In this document: one piece after another, positions 11,228 to 22,314 of the stretch
Layout: every line of letters starts with the position of its first letter
Position numbering within the stretch: position 1 is the stretch's first letter
Source of the DNA: Cyanobacteria bacterium LVE1205-1
Lineage (GTDB): Bacteria > Cyanobacteriota > Cyanobacteriia > CAIUCS01
Assembly: GCA_041879355.1 (NCBI GenBank)
Contig: CP089922.1
Coordinates: forward strand, 3,155,081-3,219,080
Direction of reading: 5' to 3'
DNA length: 64,000 nucleotides
Made by a program: the position numbers and the translations under genes
Notes under the pieces: model-generated
Seen by the model: the letters and a program-made list of their open reading frames with translations, nothing else
Databases searched by the model: none
What the model was told of the DNA's origin: nothing

Positions 11228-11644
11228 ATGGCATCATTACCAAACCACCGTCCCCGTCACCTATCCATAGGACCACTGGAATCTGAAATTCTAGAAATTA
11301 TTTGGGATTTGGGAGAAGTAACCGTTAAAGATGTCCATGAACGGATTTTATCTGACCCTGATCGGGAGCTTGCCTATACCTCTGTGACAACGGTTTTAAA
11401 TCGGTTAACCCAAAAGGGTTGGTTAAGCCGTTATCGCCACAACCGTTATTTCATCTGGTGTCCATTGATAAATCGTACCCAAGCCCAAACTCTGCGAGCC
11501 TATGAGCAGTTGAATCAGTTCTTGGCAGTGGGGAATCCTGATGTGGTAGCTGCCTTTGCGGATGAGTTGGATCAGGCTAGTGTGGATCAATTACAGGCAA
11601 TTATGGTCAAACTTCACCATATCAGGCAAGAAAGAGGAGAATAG
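11228..11644 (+). CDS. BlaI/MecI/CopY family transcriptional repressor
   Basis: GPLESEILEIIW..TVKDVH..LAYTSVTTVLNRLTQKGWL. Confidence 0.9.
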   Translation: MASLPNHRPRHLSIGPLESEILEIIWDLGEVTVKDVHERILSDPDRELAYTSVTTVLNRLTQKGWLSRYRHNRYFIWCPLINRTQAQTLRAYEQLNQFLAVGNPDVVAAFADELDQASVDQLQAIMVKLHHIRQERGE

Positions 11645-11646
11645 GG

Positions 11647-12588
11647 ATGCATTTGATCATGATCCTGCTTGGCTGTACCCTTGCCTGGATTAGTCGCCAA
11701 TGGGGGATGGAGGGATGGCAACGACAACTGCATTGGGTTGATGGAGAAGATCCTTCTTCCGTAGCTACTTCCCCATCCTTGCCCTTACCCCAATCCAACC
11801 CCACAACATGGGGGTTGACAACCCGATGGCGCTTAACATTAGGGCTTTTCCTATCCCCTCCCCTGTGGTTAGCCACGACGGCGATCGCGATTTTATGGAT
11901 GGGTCCGGTGGGTGAAATGGTTATTCCTTGGGAAGGATTATTGAGTTATGGAACAATATTAGGGATTTGTGTGCTTAGTGGGGCTGTTGGATTAAAATTA
12001 TGGTGGGAGGGCAGGCAAACCTTAGAACAGCTTCAGCACTATCCTGAAATCACTATCCTTGGTCACAATAGCCGATTACTCCCCTATCCTCTCCCCTATA
12101 GTGCCCAAGTAGGGTTTTGGCAGCCCCATTTAGTGGTCACCCAAGGACTATTAGATACCCTCGATGACCAGCACTTAGAAGCGGTCTTAGTTCACGAACA
12201 AGCCCATGCCCTCAGTCATGATACCTTTTGGTTCTTTTGGTTAGGCTGGCTCCGTCGTTTAACTTGGTGGTTACCCCACACAGAATTTCTATGGGAAGAA
12301 TTATTAATGCTGAGGGAACTTCGTGCTGATCACTATGCTGCCCAATTCACAGACCCTCTCCTATTGGCCGAATCCTTGGTAATCCTAGCTGCCGCCCCTA
12401 CTTCCGCTTTTCCTATTCCGGTTACTATGGTTGCCGCCTTTGAGTCCCCATGCCCCCCTAACCGTCTCATACAAAGGCTAACGGCTCTTATCAGTACTCC
12501 TAATGACCCTCCCCCTGCCAGAGCCAACTTACTTTTTGGGTTACTTCCCAGCCTTTTGCCCTTGATTATGATTCCCTTTCATCATTGA
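11647..12588 (+). CDS. M56 (BlaR1-like) membrane metallopeptidase without a sensor domain
   Basis: TM helices, LEAVLVHEQAH (HExxH) and RELRAD; directly follows the BlaI-type gene. Confidence 0.88.
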   Translation: MHLIMILLGCTLAWISRQWGMEGWQRQLHWVDGEDPSSVATSPSLPLPQSNPTTWGLTTRWRLTLGLFLSPPLWLATTAIAILWMGPVGEMVIPWEGLLSYGTILGICVLSGAVGLKLWWEGRQTLEQLQHYPEITILGHNSRLLPYPLPYSAQVGFWQPHLVVTQGLLDTLDDQHLEAVLVHEQAHALSHDTFWFFWLGWLRRLTWWLPHTEFLWEELLMLRELRADHYAAQFTDPLLLAESLVILAAAPTSAFPIPVTMVAAFESPCPPNRLIQRLTALISTPNDPPPARANLLFGLLPSLLPLIMIPFHH

Positions 12589-12589
12589 A

Positions 12590-14404
12590 ATGCCTACTCC
12601 TGTGAACCAATCACGAGTCATCCCCCGATTCCCCCATCAGCGTTGGCAATTATTTCCGTCTCAGCCAGAACAAGCCAGTGAGATCGCCCAAGCAACTAGG
12701 TTATCCCCCCTTTTAGCACAAGTACTCCTGAATCGCGGTCTCACTGACATTCATGCAGTTCAGAGTTTTCTAGATCCAACGACCCAACCATTACCCTCCC
12801 CATTAGATGAATTTCCTGATCTGCCAATCAGCATCTCCATCCTTCATACTGCAATTTTAGAACATCAAAAGATCGCCATTTGTGGAGACTATGATGCAGA
12901 TGGTATGACCAGCACTGCTTTATTAATCCGATCCTTGCGTTCCTTAGGTGCCTTAGTTGACTATGCCATCCCCAGTCGAATGCAAGAAGGCTATGGAATT
13001 AATGAGCGAATTGTAGATGAATTCCATCAGGATCAGGTAAAGGTACTATTAACAGTAGACAATGGCATTAGTGCCATGGAACCCATTATCAAAGCAAGGG
13101 AATTGGGCTTAGCCGTTATTATTACCGACCATCATGACCTCCCTCCCCAGTTGCCTCCCGCCAATGCCATACTTAACCCGAAGCTGATTCCAGAAACTTC
13201 ACCCTATCACACCATGGCTGGGGTTGGTGTTGCTTATATTCTTGCCCTAACACTGGCTGAGCATATTGGTCAACAGGAACAACTATCCCAAACCTTATTA
13301 GAACTCTTCACCCTCGGTACTATTGCTGACCTTGCCTCGTTAACCGGGGTCAATCGTCGCTGGGTGAAACAAGGGTTACAATGTCTACCCCAGTCTAACG
13401 TGGTGGGGATTCAAGCATTGATTCAGGTGTCAGGGGTGGGGGTTAATGGGGCTGAACCAGAAGCCTGGATATTGGGGAAGAAACCACTCCATAGTGCTTC
13501 CAATTTCTCCCCATTGTCCCTCAAACCAGATGATATTGGCTTTCGGTTAGGACCTAGAATTAATGCGGTGGGTCGAATTGACGATCCCCAACTGGTGATT
13601 GAGTTGTTGACCACAGACGATAGAAAAATTGCTTGGGAACGAGCAGTCCAGTGTGAACACATCAACCACAGACGGCAACAGTTATGTCAGGAAATTGAAC
13701 AGTCGGCGATCGCATGGTGCGAAAATTGGCATGGAGACATACAACAAGAACGGGTGTTGGTTATTGCCCAACCGGGATGGCACCATGGTGTAATCGGCAT
13801 CGTAGCATCTCGATTGGTTGAACGCTATGGAGTCCCTGTCTTTATAGGTACCTATGAAGATGAATCACAAATCAGGGGGTCGGCTCGGGGGATTCCCGAA
13901 TTTCATGTATTTGCTGCCCTAGAGTTTTGTAAAGATTTATTACTAAAACATGGCGGACATAAAGCCGCTGGGGGCTTTTCATTATCTGCTCACCATTGGG
14001 ATGCATTACGCAATCGTCTATCACTATTTGCCCATCAATGTTTGGAACCGGCACATCTTAAACCATTGATTCAGGTAGACTGCCACGCAACCTTGGATCA
14101 ACTTACCATGGATCTTTACCACCAAATGAATGCCTTACACCCCTGTGGCATTGATAATAAAAAACCCATCTTCTGGACCCAGAATGTTCGGATACTGGAA
14201 CAAAATAAAGTGAAGGGAGGGCATCTTAAATTAAAAGTGACCGATGATGAAGGTCTGGTTCAGTTAAATGCCATGGCATGGCGTTGGGGAGAATACTGTC
14301 CACTGCCGTGGAGAATTGATATTGCTTACTGCCTCCGGGATAATTCCTGGCAGGGGAAGTCTAGGGTGGAACTAGAAATTCAAGGGGTTCGCCTTAGTTC
14401 ATAA
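12590..14404 (+). CDS. recJ: Single-stranded-DNA exonuclease RecJ
   Basis: GDYDADGMTS, TVDNG, TDHH, GTIAD, GPRINAVGR, RGSAR, GGHKAAGG. Confidence 0.96.
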   Translation: MPTPVNQSRVIPRFPHQRWQLFPSQPEQASEIAQATRLSPLLAQVLLNRGLTDIHAVQSFLDPTTQPLPSPLDEFPDLPISISILHTAILEHQKIAICGDYDADGMTSTALLIRSLRSLGALVDYAIPSRMQEGYGINERIVDEFHQDQVKVLLTVDNGISAMEPIIKARELGLAVIITDHHDLPPQLPPANAILNPKLIPETSPYHTMAGVGVAYILALTLAEHIGQQEQLSQTLLELFTLGTIADLASLTGVNRRWVKQGLQCLPQSNVVGIQALIQVSGVGVNGAEPEAWILGKKPLHSASNFSPLSLKPDDIGFRLGPRINAVGRIDDPQLVIELLTTDDRKIAWERAVQCEHINHRRQQLCQEIEQSAIAWCENWHGDIQQERVLVIAQPGWHHGVIGIVASRLVERYGVPVFIGTYEDESQIRGSARGIPEFHVFAALEFCKDLLLKHGGHKAAGGFSLSAHHWDALRNRLSLFAHQCLEPAHLKPLIQVDCHATLDQLTMDLYHQMNALHPCGIDNKKPIFWTQNVRILEQNKVKGGHLKLKVTDDEGLVQLNAMAWRWGEYCPLPWRIDIAYCLRDNSWQGKSRVELEIQGVRLSS

Positions 14405-14433
14405 GTTCCCGTAAATGTCGTAATTGAGCCACA

Positions 14434-15192
14434 TTAATCCATGGAAATACCAGGGATGTCCCCCCTACCATGAAGCGAATCTTTAAAAGACTGAGATAGA
14501 ATCCGACAGGGGTTTCCAGGATCCCCCAAATGGTCTAACACAACTAAGGCACCATTGAAGTCTTGTAACTGAGTATAGGTACTCACCGTGATGACAGTGG
14601 GCAATCCTGCTGCCAATGACGATTTTAAACCTTGATGGGAATCTTCTATCGCCAAGCAGGCAGTCGCTGGCAAACCCAACTTTTCTAAAACATAAAGATA
14701 CACATCAGGGGCAGGTTTTTTCAACGTCACCCGATCCCCCGACCCAATAACGGTAAACCAGCTTGGGCTCTCTATCCCAATTAAATTTTCCAGGAGGGAT
14801 AGGGTGTTGGCATGGGAACTGGTGGTTGCAATGGCTAACTGGATTCCTGCCGATTTCGCTTCCATGAATAGCCGTCGAATCCCCGGACGTAAAGAGATGA
14901 CCCCTGACTTTAAGACTTCACCATAGTAATGACTTTTTAATTGATGAATCTTTTCTATTAAATTGGTAAGACTTCTATGGGAATAAAGTTGGGGGTGACA
15001 TGTTTGAACATAATGCAATATTCTTTCCTTCCCACCAGTGGTTTCTAATAACTCTCCGTACTGTTGGATTGACCAATGCCAATCAAGTCCCGCTGATTGA
15101 AAAGCCTGATTAAACGCCACTCGATGACCATCTTTTTCTGTATCTGCTAAGGTGCCATCAACATCAAAGATGAGGGCTTTTAATTCTGTCAT
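14434..15192 (-). CDS. cbbY: CbbY-like HAD hydrolase
   Basis: ALIFDVDGTLADTEKDGHRVAFN, GGKER, KKPAPDVY, IEDS. Confidence 0.88.
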   Translation of the reverse strand: MTELKALIFDVDGTLADTEKDGHRVAFNQAFQSAGLDWHWSIQQYGELLETTGGKERILHYVQTCHPQLYSHRSLTNLIEKIHQLKSHYYGEVLKSGVISLRPGIRRLFMEAKSAGIQLAIATTSSHANTLSLLENLIGIESPSWFTVIGSGDRVTLKKPAPDVYLYVLEKLGLPATACLAIEDSHQGLKSSLAAGLPTVITVSTYTQLQDFNGALVVLDHLGDPGNPCRILSQSFKDSLHGRGDIPGISMD

Positions 15193-15325
15193 ATCAGAAG
15201 TATATGGAAACAATAGTTGGGAAATGTCTAGTTTATTTACCCTATCATCAAAGGAATAAGGAACGGTATTCGTCTTAGGTTTGATTACTAATTACAACTT
15301 CGATACCCATCAGGGTCATATACAA

Positions 15326-15751
15326 TTATTCTATTAGTAATTTTTCTGGAATTACAATTAAGGTATTACCTTCTCTGCCAATTATATACACTGACTGATT
15401 AGCAGGAATTTCAAGTTCGTTATCATGACAGCGCCCTCGCCATGAATTGCCTTCATACTTCACCCTTCCAATGTCTCCCTTTGAAATAGTAGTTAGAGTT
15501 TTACCTAACTGAGCACCTTCAATTCCAGTTACCTTACGTTGAATTAAAAATTTGCGAATGATCACCATTAGCCCCACGGACAAACCCATCCACATTACTA
15601 TTTGTACCCCAAAGTAAGGCAGTATTATTGATATTGGTACAATCAGGAGGGCACTCATTCCCATTGAAAATTCAGTGAAAGCTGTAGGGAGAAAAAATTC
15701 CATTAAGCAAAAGCTCAAACCGATGACCAACCAAATCAACGTTGAATTCAT
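15326..15751 (-). CDS. NfeD family membrane protein
   Basis: Hydrophobic N-terminus plus OB-fold-like GRVKYEGNSW..V.IIGREGNTLIV. Confidence 0.85.
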   Translation of the reverse strand: MNSTLIWLVIGLSFCLMEFFLPTAFTEFSMGMSALLIVPISIILPYFGVQIVMWMGLSVGLMVIIRKFLIQRKVTGIEGAQLGKTLTTISKGDIGRVKYEGNSWRGRCHDNELEIPANQSVYIIGREGNTLIVIPEKLLIE

Positions 15752-16000
15752 GGGATGATTAGTATAGTTTAAGGAACAAGTAGAATCGTTATTAATTGTT
15801 AGGTTTAAAGGGATAATTACCTAAATTCAGTCTTAAATCATAATAGTATAATACTTCTTAGACTCCGAACAGTTACAGTTTAATAAGATACTCTCGCTTT
15901 CAGCCAGTCTTTAAAAATCTGCATGTCTTTAAGCCGTTGAATGTTAAATTAGCATATAAATCTGGCGGAGTTGGATAATTAGTCATTTAAGGAGTAGTTT

Positions 16001-16306
16001 ATGATACCTGGAGAAATAATCACCCCTCCCGGAGAAATTGAGCTTAATGCAAACCGTCCCACAGTTAAATTATTAGTTGGAAATACAGGGGATAGACCCA
16101 TTCAAGTTGGTTCCCATTTTCATTTCTTTGAGGTCAATCCAGCTCTTCAATTTAATCGAGAAAAAACACGGGGAATGAGATTAGATATTCCTGCGGGTAC
16201 AGCTGTCAGGTTTGAACCAGGGGATGAAAAGGAAATTGTTTTAGTTCCCGTAGTGGGTTTACGGGAGGTCTATGGATTTAATAATAAAATCAATGGGAAG
16301 CTGTAG
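16001..16306 (+). CDS. ureB: Urease beta subunit
   Basis: [37 protein letters not shown]; AAGGAG RBS upstream. Confidence 0.97.
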   Translation: MIPGEIITPPGEIELNANRPTVKLLVGNTGDRPIQVGSHFHFFEVNPALQFNREKTRGMRLDIPAGTAVRFEPGDEKEIVLVPVVGLREVYGFNNKINGKL

Positions 16307-16454
16307 CCGACCCTTTTGAACCGAATTGCCAGTTTACTGAGTTTGCTATACTGTACCATAAGATTTTTCTCCCGGCACTACTGGGAGAGGGTGTTTTGAA
16401 TTGGATTACATTTACCTGTTGCCTTAGCATTATTCTACTCTCACCGCCTTCACC

Positions 16455-17837
16455 ATGGTTGAAAACATTGTAATTATTGGTTCAGGTCCTGCGGGATATA
16501 CAGCTGCCATCTATGCCGCCCGAGCTAATTTAAAGCCACTGATGTTTCTGGGTTTCCAGTCTGGTGGTATTCCAGGAGGTCAGTTAATGACCACCACCGA
16601 GGTGGAAAATTTCCCTGGTTTTCCTGAGGGTATTCATGGACCCCAGTTGATGGCAAATATGGATGCCCAGGCAATTCGTTGGGGGGCTGAGGTTGTTACG
16701 GAAGATGTAATCAGCGTTGATTTCCAGCAGCAACCTTTTGTGATTCGTTCTGACCACCGAGTGGTTTACGCCCATGCAGTCATTATTGCTACGGGAGCCA
16801 CTGCCAAACGAATGGGATTGCCTGGGGAAGAAACTTACTGGAACCGAGGGATGTCCGCCTGTGCCATTTGTGACGGAGCTGCTCCCATTTTTCGAGGGGC
16901 TGAGCTGGCGATTGTGGGTGGAGGAGATACCGCTGCAGAAGAGGCGATTTTTTTAACTAAATATGCCCGCCATATTCATTTGTTAGTGCGACGGGGGGAG
17001 TTAAGGGCTAGTAAAGCGATGCAGGAACGGGTACTAAAAAATCCTAAAATTACCGTCCATTGGCATACTGTTCCCATTGCAGTTACGGGTGATGGCAATT
17101 TACTCAACGGGATACAGATTCAAAATACCCTCACTCATCAGCACAGTGGCATGGCAGTGCAAGGGTTATTCTATGCCATTGGTCATACTCCCAATACGAG
17201 TTTATTTCAAGGTCAGCTTCACCTAGATGAAATGGGGTATATTCGTACCCAATCTCATTCAGTGGCAACCAACGTACCTGGTGTATTTGCTGCCGGAGAT
17301 GTGCAAGATCATGAATATCGGCAAGCAATTACGGCAGCAGGAACCGGTTGTATGGCAGCCCTGCTCGCTGAACGATGGTTGTCTCAACATGGACTGATTC
17401 AAGAATTTCCCACGGATAATAGTGGAACTCCCATTCCTGAAATACTCCCAGAGAACAAAGAGCCCCCTACTGTTCATGGCAGTTCCGGTCTAAACTCTCA
17501 ACCCGTTGTTGATCTCACCGCCACTCGCCATCACGGTGGCTACGCTTTACGAAAGCTTTACCATGATAGCGATCGCCTAATTATGGTAAAGTACAGTTCC
17601 CCAACCTGTGGACCCTGTCATACCCTCAAACCTATCTTAAACCGGGTGGTTGATGAATTTGAAAAGCAAATTCACTATGTAGAAATAGACATTGAAGTGG
17701 ATGGAGAGATTGCGGAGGCGGCTGGTATTGTGGGCACGCCCACCATTCAATTTTTTAAGCATAAGGATCGAGTTGCTGAATTAAAGGGAGTGAAACAAAA
17801 GAGTCACTATCGAGATATCATCCAGCAATACTTATGA
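16455..17837 (+). CDS. ntrC: NADPH-thioredoxin reductase C (TrxB fused to a thioredoxin domain)
   Basis: [31 protein letters not shown], and a C-terminal thioredoxin with TCGPC. Confidence 0.93.
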   Translation: MVENIVIIGSGPAGYTAAIYAARANLKPLMFLGFQSGGIPGGQLMTTTEVENFPGFPEGIHGPQLMANMDAQAIRWGAEVVTEDVISVDFQQQPFVIRSDHRVVYAHAVIIATGATAKRMGLPGEETYWNRGMSACAICDGAAPIFRGAELAIVGGGDTAAEEAIFLTKYARHIHLLVRRGELRASKAMQERVLKNPKITVHWHTVPIAVTGDGNLLNGIQIQNTLTHQHSGMAVQGLFYAIGHTPNTSLFQGQLHLDEMGYIRTQSHSVATNVPGVFAAGDVQDHEYRQAITAAGTGCMAALLAERWLSQHGLIQEFPTDNSGTPIPEILPENKEPPTVHGSSGLNSQPVVDLTATRHHGGYALRKLYHDSDRLIMVKYSSPTCGPCHTLKPILNRVVDEFEKQIHYVEIDIEVDGEIAEAAGIVGTPTIQFFKHKDRVAELKGVKQKSHYRDIIQQYL

Positions 17838-18795
17838 CTGTTCCAACCAATCATCCGTCCCTACCCCTTGCATTTCAATCCCATCCCCAAGCATGGCTCC
17901 ACGCTTTGTGGAAGTTCTCCCGTCCCCATACCATTATTGGCACCAGTTTAAGTGTCTTTAGTCTATATTTTATTGCCCTAGCCGAATCCAAAAACCTGCC
18001 CCCGCAGGTTGCCCCGTCTCCTCAACTCATACTTCCAGCTCTCTTGGCTTGTCTATGGGGGAACCTATATATTGTTGGACTGAATCAGTTAACGGATATA
18101 AACATCGATCGTATTAACAAACCCAGACTACCCTTGGCTTCAGGAGAATTCACCCCGAAACAGGGAACTAGGATTGTAAGTGTGAGCGGGGTATTATCCA
18201 TCATCATCGCTGCCTCCCAAGGGGTATGGTTACTGGCTGTGGTCATTGCCAGTTTGATGATTGGATCAGCTTATTCCTTACCCCCACTACGATTGAAGCG
18301 ATCGCCCTTTTGGGCTTCCATGTGCATCCTGGGTGTACGGGGGGAATAGTTAATTTAGGACTTTTTCTTCACTTTACTCAGAATTGGGCTTATATTTCAT
18401 TTCCTGCCTCCGTTTTATTACTCACTGCGTTTATCCTTTCTTTTACCTTTACCATTGCCATTTTTAAGGATATGCCAGATGTGGAAGGCGATCGCCAATA
18501 TTCCATTAACACCTTTACAATTCGTTTAGGGGCATCTGCTGTGTTTGATTTAGGACGGTGGATATTAACTGCCACCTACATGGGCATGGTAATTACAGGT
18601 CTCATTGTACCCATTGCCAATCCATGGATATTATCCACACTGCATATTGGTATAGCTGGGTTCATGTGGTTTTTCAGCTTTCAGGTTGACCTAACCAATC
18701 AAGCATCTATTTCCTATTTCTATCAAATGATTTGGAAACTCTTTTTCCTAGAATACCTAATCTACCCTTTGATATTATCCATATCCCATCTTTAG
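17834..18795 (+). CDS. hpt: Homogentisate phytyltransferase (apparent frameshift at G run ~18340-18345)
   Basis: [53 protein letters not shown]. Confidence 0.92.
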
Positions 18796-19925
18796 TAAGA
18801 ATGAAAAGCATTCGTACCCGGGGATGGGTCAGAAACAACTGGCAGTTTCGGCGCATCAATGCCAGTGGCAGGAACCGAGTAGGGGGGAGTAAGCAGTGCA
18901 GCTAATTCTGCCGACTGCTGGGGAAACATGCGTTCCAACACTATTTTTAGTTGAATTAAGTGTTCATAGGCAATGACACATCAATCCTTCCAATGTTGGA
19001 CAGCCGTCTCGTATTCAGCAATGACCCTCACCTGTTGTAATACCTGTTCCTGCATTTCAGCCGTTTGGTGTTGAAGTTCCCCCGTTCTGTGTAGGTGATG
19101 ATCTCGTTCTGCCCGTAGTTCGTCACAGGTATGTTGTAACCGAACTTGTAAAACAGCATAATGATTGAGGCGGTTGTTTAGTTCTTCAATTTGGTGCCTG
19201 GTCACCATCAACTCATTCCACAGTTGGGCTGGGTCTGTATCTGGAACACATTGTTTAGTTTGGGATATGAAAGACGGATAAGTTTTCCAAAAAGTACGAT
19301 TTTGGCTTGCTTGAATTTGTAATTCCAGTGCCGCCACCTGTTGTTGGGCATCAGCTTCCCGTGTCTCCAACTCTACCATTTGTTTTTGTTGGTTATCTAC
19401 CGTTTCCTGAAGAATGTTGATTTGTTCCTCAAGCTTTTGATAGGGACTTTGACGAATGTCATGGTTGACTAAAAAATTAGCCTTTATGCGCTCAAATTCT
19501 GATTGTTGGGTCAATATAAATTCTTCTACATGTGTTAGAAACCCCTTACCCTGTTTAATGAATTGCCCTGAATGATCAGAAGTAGATAGTATCGCTTGGC
19601 ACTGGGATAGTTGTTGTTTCAGGCTATGGATGACCCATTGTTGAATACTGGAAAATTCTTCAGTATTTGCCAGTTGAAATTCTAAAATCTCTTGATTTTG
19701 AGAACGTTGTTTCAATTCTTCCAATGAGATCAATAATTGATCTAAAACCCGTTCCAGGTGATTGATCCGTTCCAAATGATGGCGGTGGGACACTCGCAGT
19801 TGTTTGATTTCATCTAGAAATCCTTGCCGTTGTTGTTCCCATGGCAATTGGGAATCACAAGCCATCATGGAATGGTTGGGAACCGGAATAAAGGGATTGG
19901 TAGTTATTAATCCATTAATTTCCAT
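18792..19925 (-). CDS. Coiled-coil hypothetical protein with a probable premature TGA at 18981-18983
   Basis: Q/E/L-rich heptad pattern; the frame stays open for 62 codons after the TGA to a TAA at 18792-18794 abutting hpt. Confidence 0.65.
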
Positions 19926-20031
19926 TTGGTTAACTGTTGAAGATGGAATAAGGCGATCATTCTAGCAACCTGGGTTAGATAAGAATAAGAATGGAAAGGT
20001 ACAGAAATTCACCCAGTTGGTCATTGGCTCT

Positions 20032-20463
20032 TTATCCCCTGACGGGAAGATTAATTACAAATTTCCCATCCAATTCATCTCCCAGAAAGAGAGGGGGGTG
20101 GGAAGATGTACGACGCCAAAGGATCTGAATGCCCAAGGCAAATAACCCAAGAGCCGATAATCCAAAAACCCCTGTTCCCAGGGCACAAATCCCCACAACA
20201 AGGGTACGAACTGCAACAGCAATATTGAGCGTGGTTACACTGTGGGATAGAAGTGGTTTTGCAGCATAGGTTGTGGCAATGGCTACTGTCATCTGATAGC
20301 ATCCATAGGCAATAACACCACCCATTAAGCTGCCAGTCCAACATTTGACAACCGTTGGCGGGGATAAACTACTTTCATCAGACTGGGAGGGGGATGTTTC
20401 CTTACTCAAATCAATGGTTGATGACTGGGGGATACCACTCACATCGGTTTTAGGTTTAGCCAT
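20032..20463 (-). CDS. DUF3082 family membrane protein
   Basis: NIAVAVRTLVVG..LGTGVFG..ALGL..LGIQ pattern of this cyanobacterial/plastid family. Confidence 0.75.
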   Translation of the reverse strand: MAKPKTDVSGIPQSSTIDLSKETSPSQSDESSLSPPTVVKCWTGSLMGGVIAYGCYQMTVAIATTYAAKPLLSHSVTTLNIAVAVRTLVVGICALGTGVFGLSALGLFALGIQILWRRTSSHPPLFLGDELDGKFVINLPVRG

Positions 20464-20484
20464 AATAAATATACCAATAAATAA

Positions 20485-20568
20485 CGGAGAGGGGGGATTC
20501 GAACCCCCGTTAGGTTACCCTAAAACAGATTTCGAGTCTGCCGCATTCAACCGCTCTGCCACCTCTCC
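20485..20568 (-). tRNA. tRNA-Ser (CGA)
   Basis: GGAGAGGTGGCAGAGCGGTTGAATGCG-GCAGA CT CGA AA TCTGT, long variable arm, GGGGGTTCGAATCCCCC-CTCTCCG. Confidence 0.95.
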
Positions 20569-20723
20569 AATGGGGATAGATTCGGTTTGGTACTAGAACA
20601 AATTCATTTATAGAGGATAACATTTTCAGAGTCCCCTCTACTTCGATTCTGAAAATTGTCCCCCATGGCAGGATAGTTGCCACAGCTGATAGAATAATAA
20701 TAGGAATTAGTATCAGGAATACG

Positions 20724-21308
20724 ATGACAGTTAATGAACAATCCCAGCCAATCAAAAAAGAAGCCATAGAAGCCCGAAAAAAATTTTGGCATAATCAGCG
20801 AGAGAATTTTCAAATTTTGGCTGTAGCTTTGGTGATTGCCTTATTCATACGGCTATTGATTGCCGAACCTCGGTTTATTCCTTCAGACTCTATGGTTCCA
20901 ACCCTACAAGTTGGCGATCGCCTAGTGGTGGAAAAGGTTTCTTATCGATTTCATCCGCCAAATCAAGGAGACATTATAGTCTTTGATCCGCCTCCATCCC
21001 TTCAAGACCAAGGATTCAGTTCGAATCAAGCCTTTATCAAACGAGTCATTGGGCTTCCTGGACAAACAATTCGGGTACAAAATGGTCACGTTTATGTCAA
21101 TGATGAAGTAATCAGAGAAGACTATATTCTTGAACCACTCCGTTATCAAGGTGGACCAATTACGATTCCTGAAAATACTCTTTTTGTTTTGGGAGACAAC
21201 CGCAATAATAGTAATGACTCCCATGTGTGGGGGTTTTTACCCCAAACTAATATTATCGGACGTGCATGGTTTCGGTTCTGGCCGTTAGAACGCATAGGGC
21301 AAATATAA
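20724..21308 (+). CDS. lepB: Signal peptidase I
   Basis: IPSDSMVPTL, FIKRVIG, GDNRNNSNDS. Confidence 0.95.
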   Translation: MTVNEQSQPIKKEAIEARKKFWHNQRENFQILAVALVIALFIRLLIAEPRFIPSDSMVPTLQVGDRLVVEKVSYRFHPPNQGDIIVFDPPPSLQDQGFSSNQAFIKRVIGLPGQTIRVQNGHVYVNDEVIREDYILEPLRYQGGPITIPENTLFVLGDNRNNSNDSHVWGFLPQTNIIGRAWFRFWPLERIGQI

Positions 21309-21352
21309 CCAGCTTCCCCATTCATCATCGTAATTCCTCCAATCAATTATTT

Positions 21353-22204
21353 ATGACTTCAGCCCGCCAAATCATCACCCTCATCACTGATTTTGGGTTA
21401 CAAGATGTCTATGTGGGAATCATGAAAGGGATTATCGCTCAAGTGAACTCAACCGCTACACTCATTGATTTAAACCATCAGATCCCTCCCCAGGATGTAG
21501 GTGCAGCCAGTTTTAATCTACTCAATGCCTATCCTTATTTCCCCAAAGGAACCGTTCATATAGTGGTTGTAGATCCAGGGGTTGGAACTCGACGTCGGGC
21601 AGTGGCATTAGAAATTGCTGAGGGTTTTTTAGTTGGACCTGATAATGGGGTATTCAGTCAGGTCTTAAATCAAAGTCCCATGATTCGGGGTGTAGAGCTT
21701 AATAATCCTCAGTACTGGCGGTCTTCATCACCAAGTGCCACTTTTCATGGTCGAGACATATTTGCATCAGTTGGAGCCTACTTGGCTGGACAAATCCCGA
21801 TGGAAAAATTAGGACAGTGGATTGAACCGGAAAGTGTGGTTATTCAAAATAACCCCGGTTGCCGAGAAATCCGCAGTCAGACTGGTCAGTTGATGACCGT
21901 ACTAGGAGAAATCCAGTATATCGATCGGTTTGGTAATGCAATTACCACTATACCCGGGCGCTACATCACTTCACCGAAACATGAAGGACATTGGCATGAT
22001 GGTTCTTCTTCAGGTTGGTCATTGTCTTTCCGTAACATTATTATTCCTGGCTATAGAACCTACAGTGATGGGAAGCCAAGTGAACCGTTAGCCTTAGTGG
22101 GCAGCCACGGCTGGATCGAAATTGCGGTGAATGGGGGACATGCCCAATATCAGTTAAGACTGAGTTGTGGGGATGAAGTCAAGATTCAGTTTGCTCTCAA
22201 ATGA
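21353..22204 (+). CDS. SAM hydroxide adenosyltransferase (DUF62 / chlorinase-fluorinase family)
   Basis: ITLITDFG, VVDPGVGT, GPDNG, TFHGRDIF, IDRFGN. Confidence 0.88.
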   Translation: MTSARQIITLITDFGLQDVYVGIMKGIIAQVNSTATLIDLNHQIPPQDVGAASFNLLNAYPYFPKGTVHIVVVDPGVGTRRRAVALEIAEGFLVGPDNGVFSQVLNQSPMIRGVELNNPQYWRSSSPSATFHGRDIFASVGAYLAGQIPMEKLGQWIEPESVVIQNNPGCREIRSQTGQLMTVLGEIQYIDRFGNAITTIPGRYITSPKHEGHWHDGSSSGWSLSFRNIIIPGYRTYSDGKPSEPLALVGSHGWIEIAVNGGHAQYQLRLSCGDEVKIQFALK

Positions 22205-22314
22205 ACACTTGACAACACTCTGGGCAAAAGATTAAATACCATCCGACTTCGTGGGGTTTGTCAATTCCCATGATTTCTACTATTCCCTTCAAACTGTCTG
22301 AAATCCTGGGAGTA

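Noticed and set aside
16365-16390. Hairpin after ureB resembling a B12 box or terminator
   Set aside because: The rest of a cobalamin riboswitch is absent and there is no U tract on the sense strand.
21353-22204. Halogenase (fluorinase/chlorinase)
   Set aside because: It has the TFHGRD motif of the common DUF62 SAM hydrolases and no biosynthetic context.
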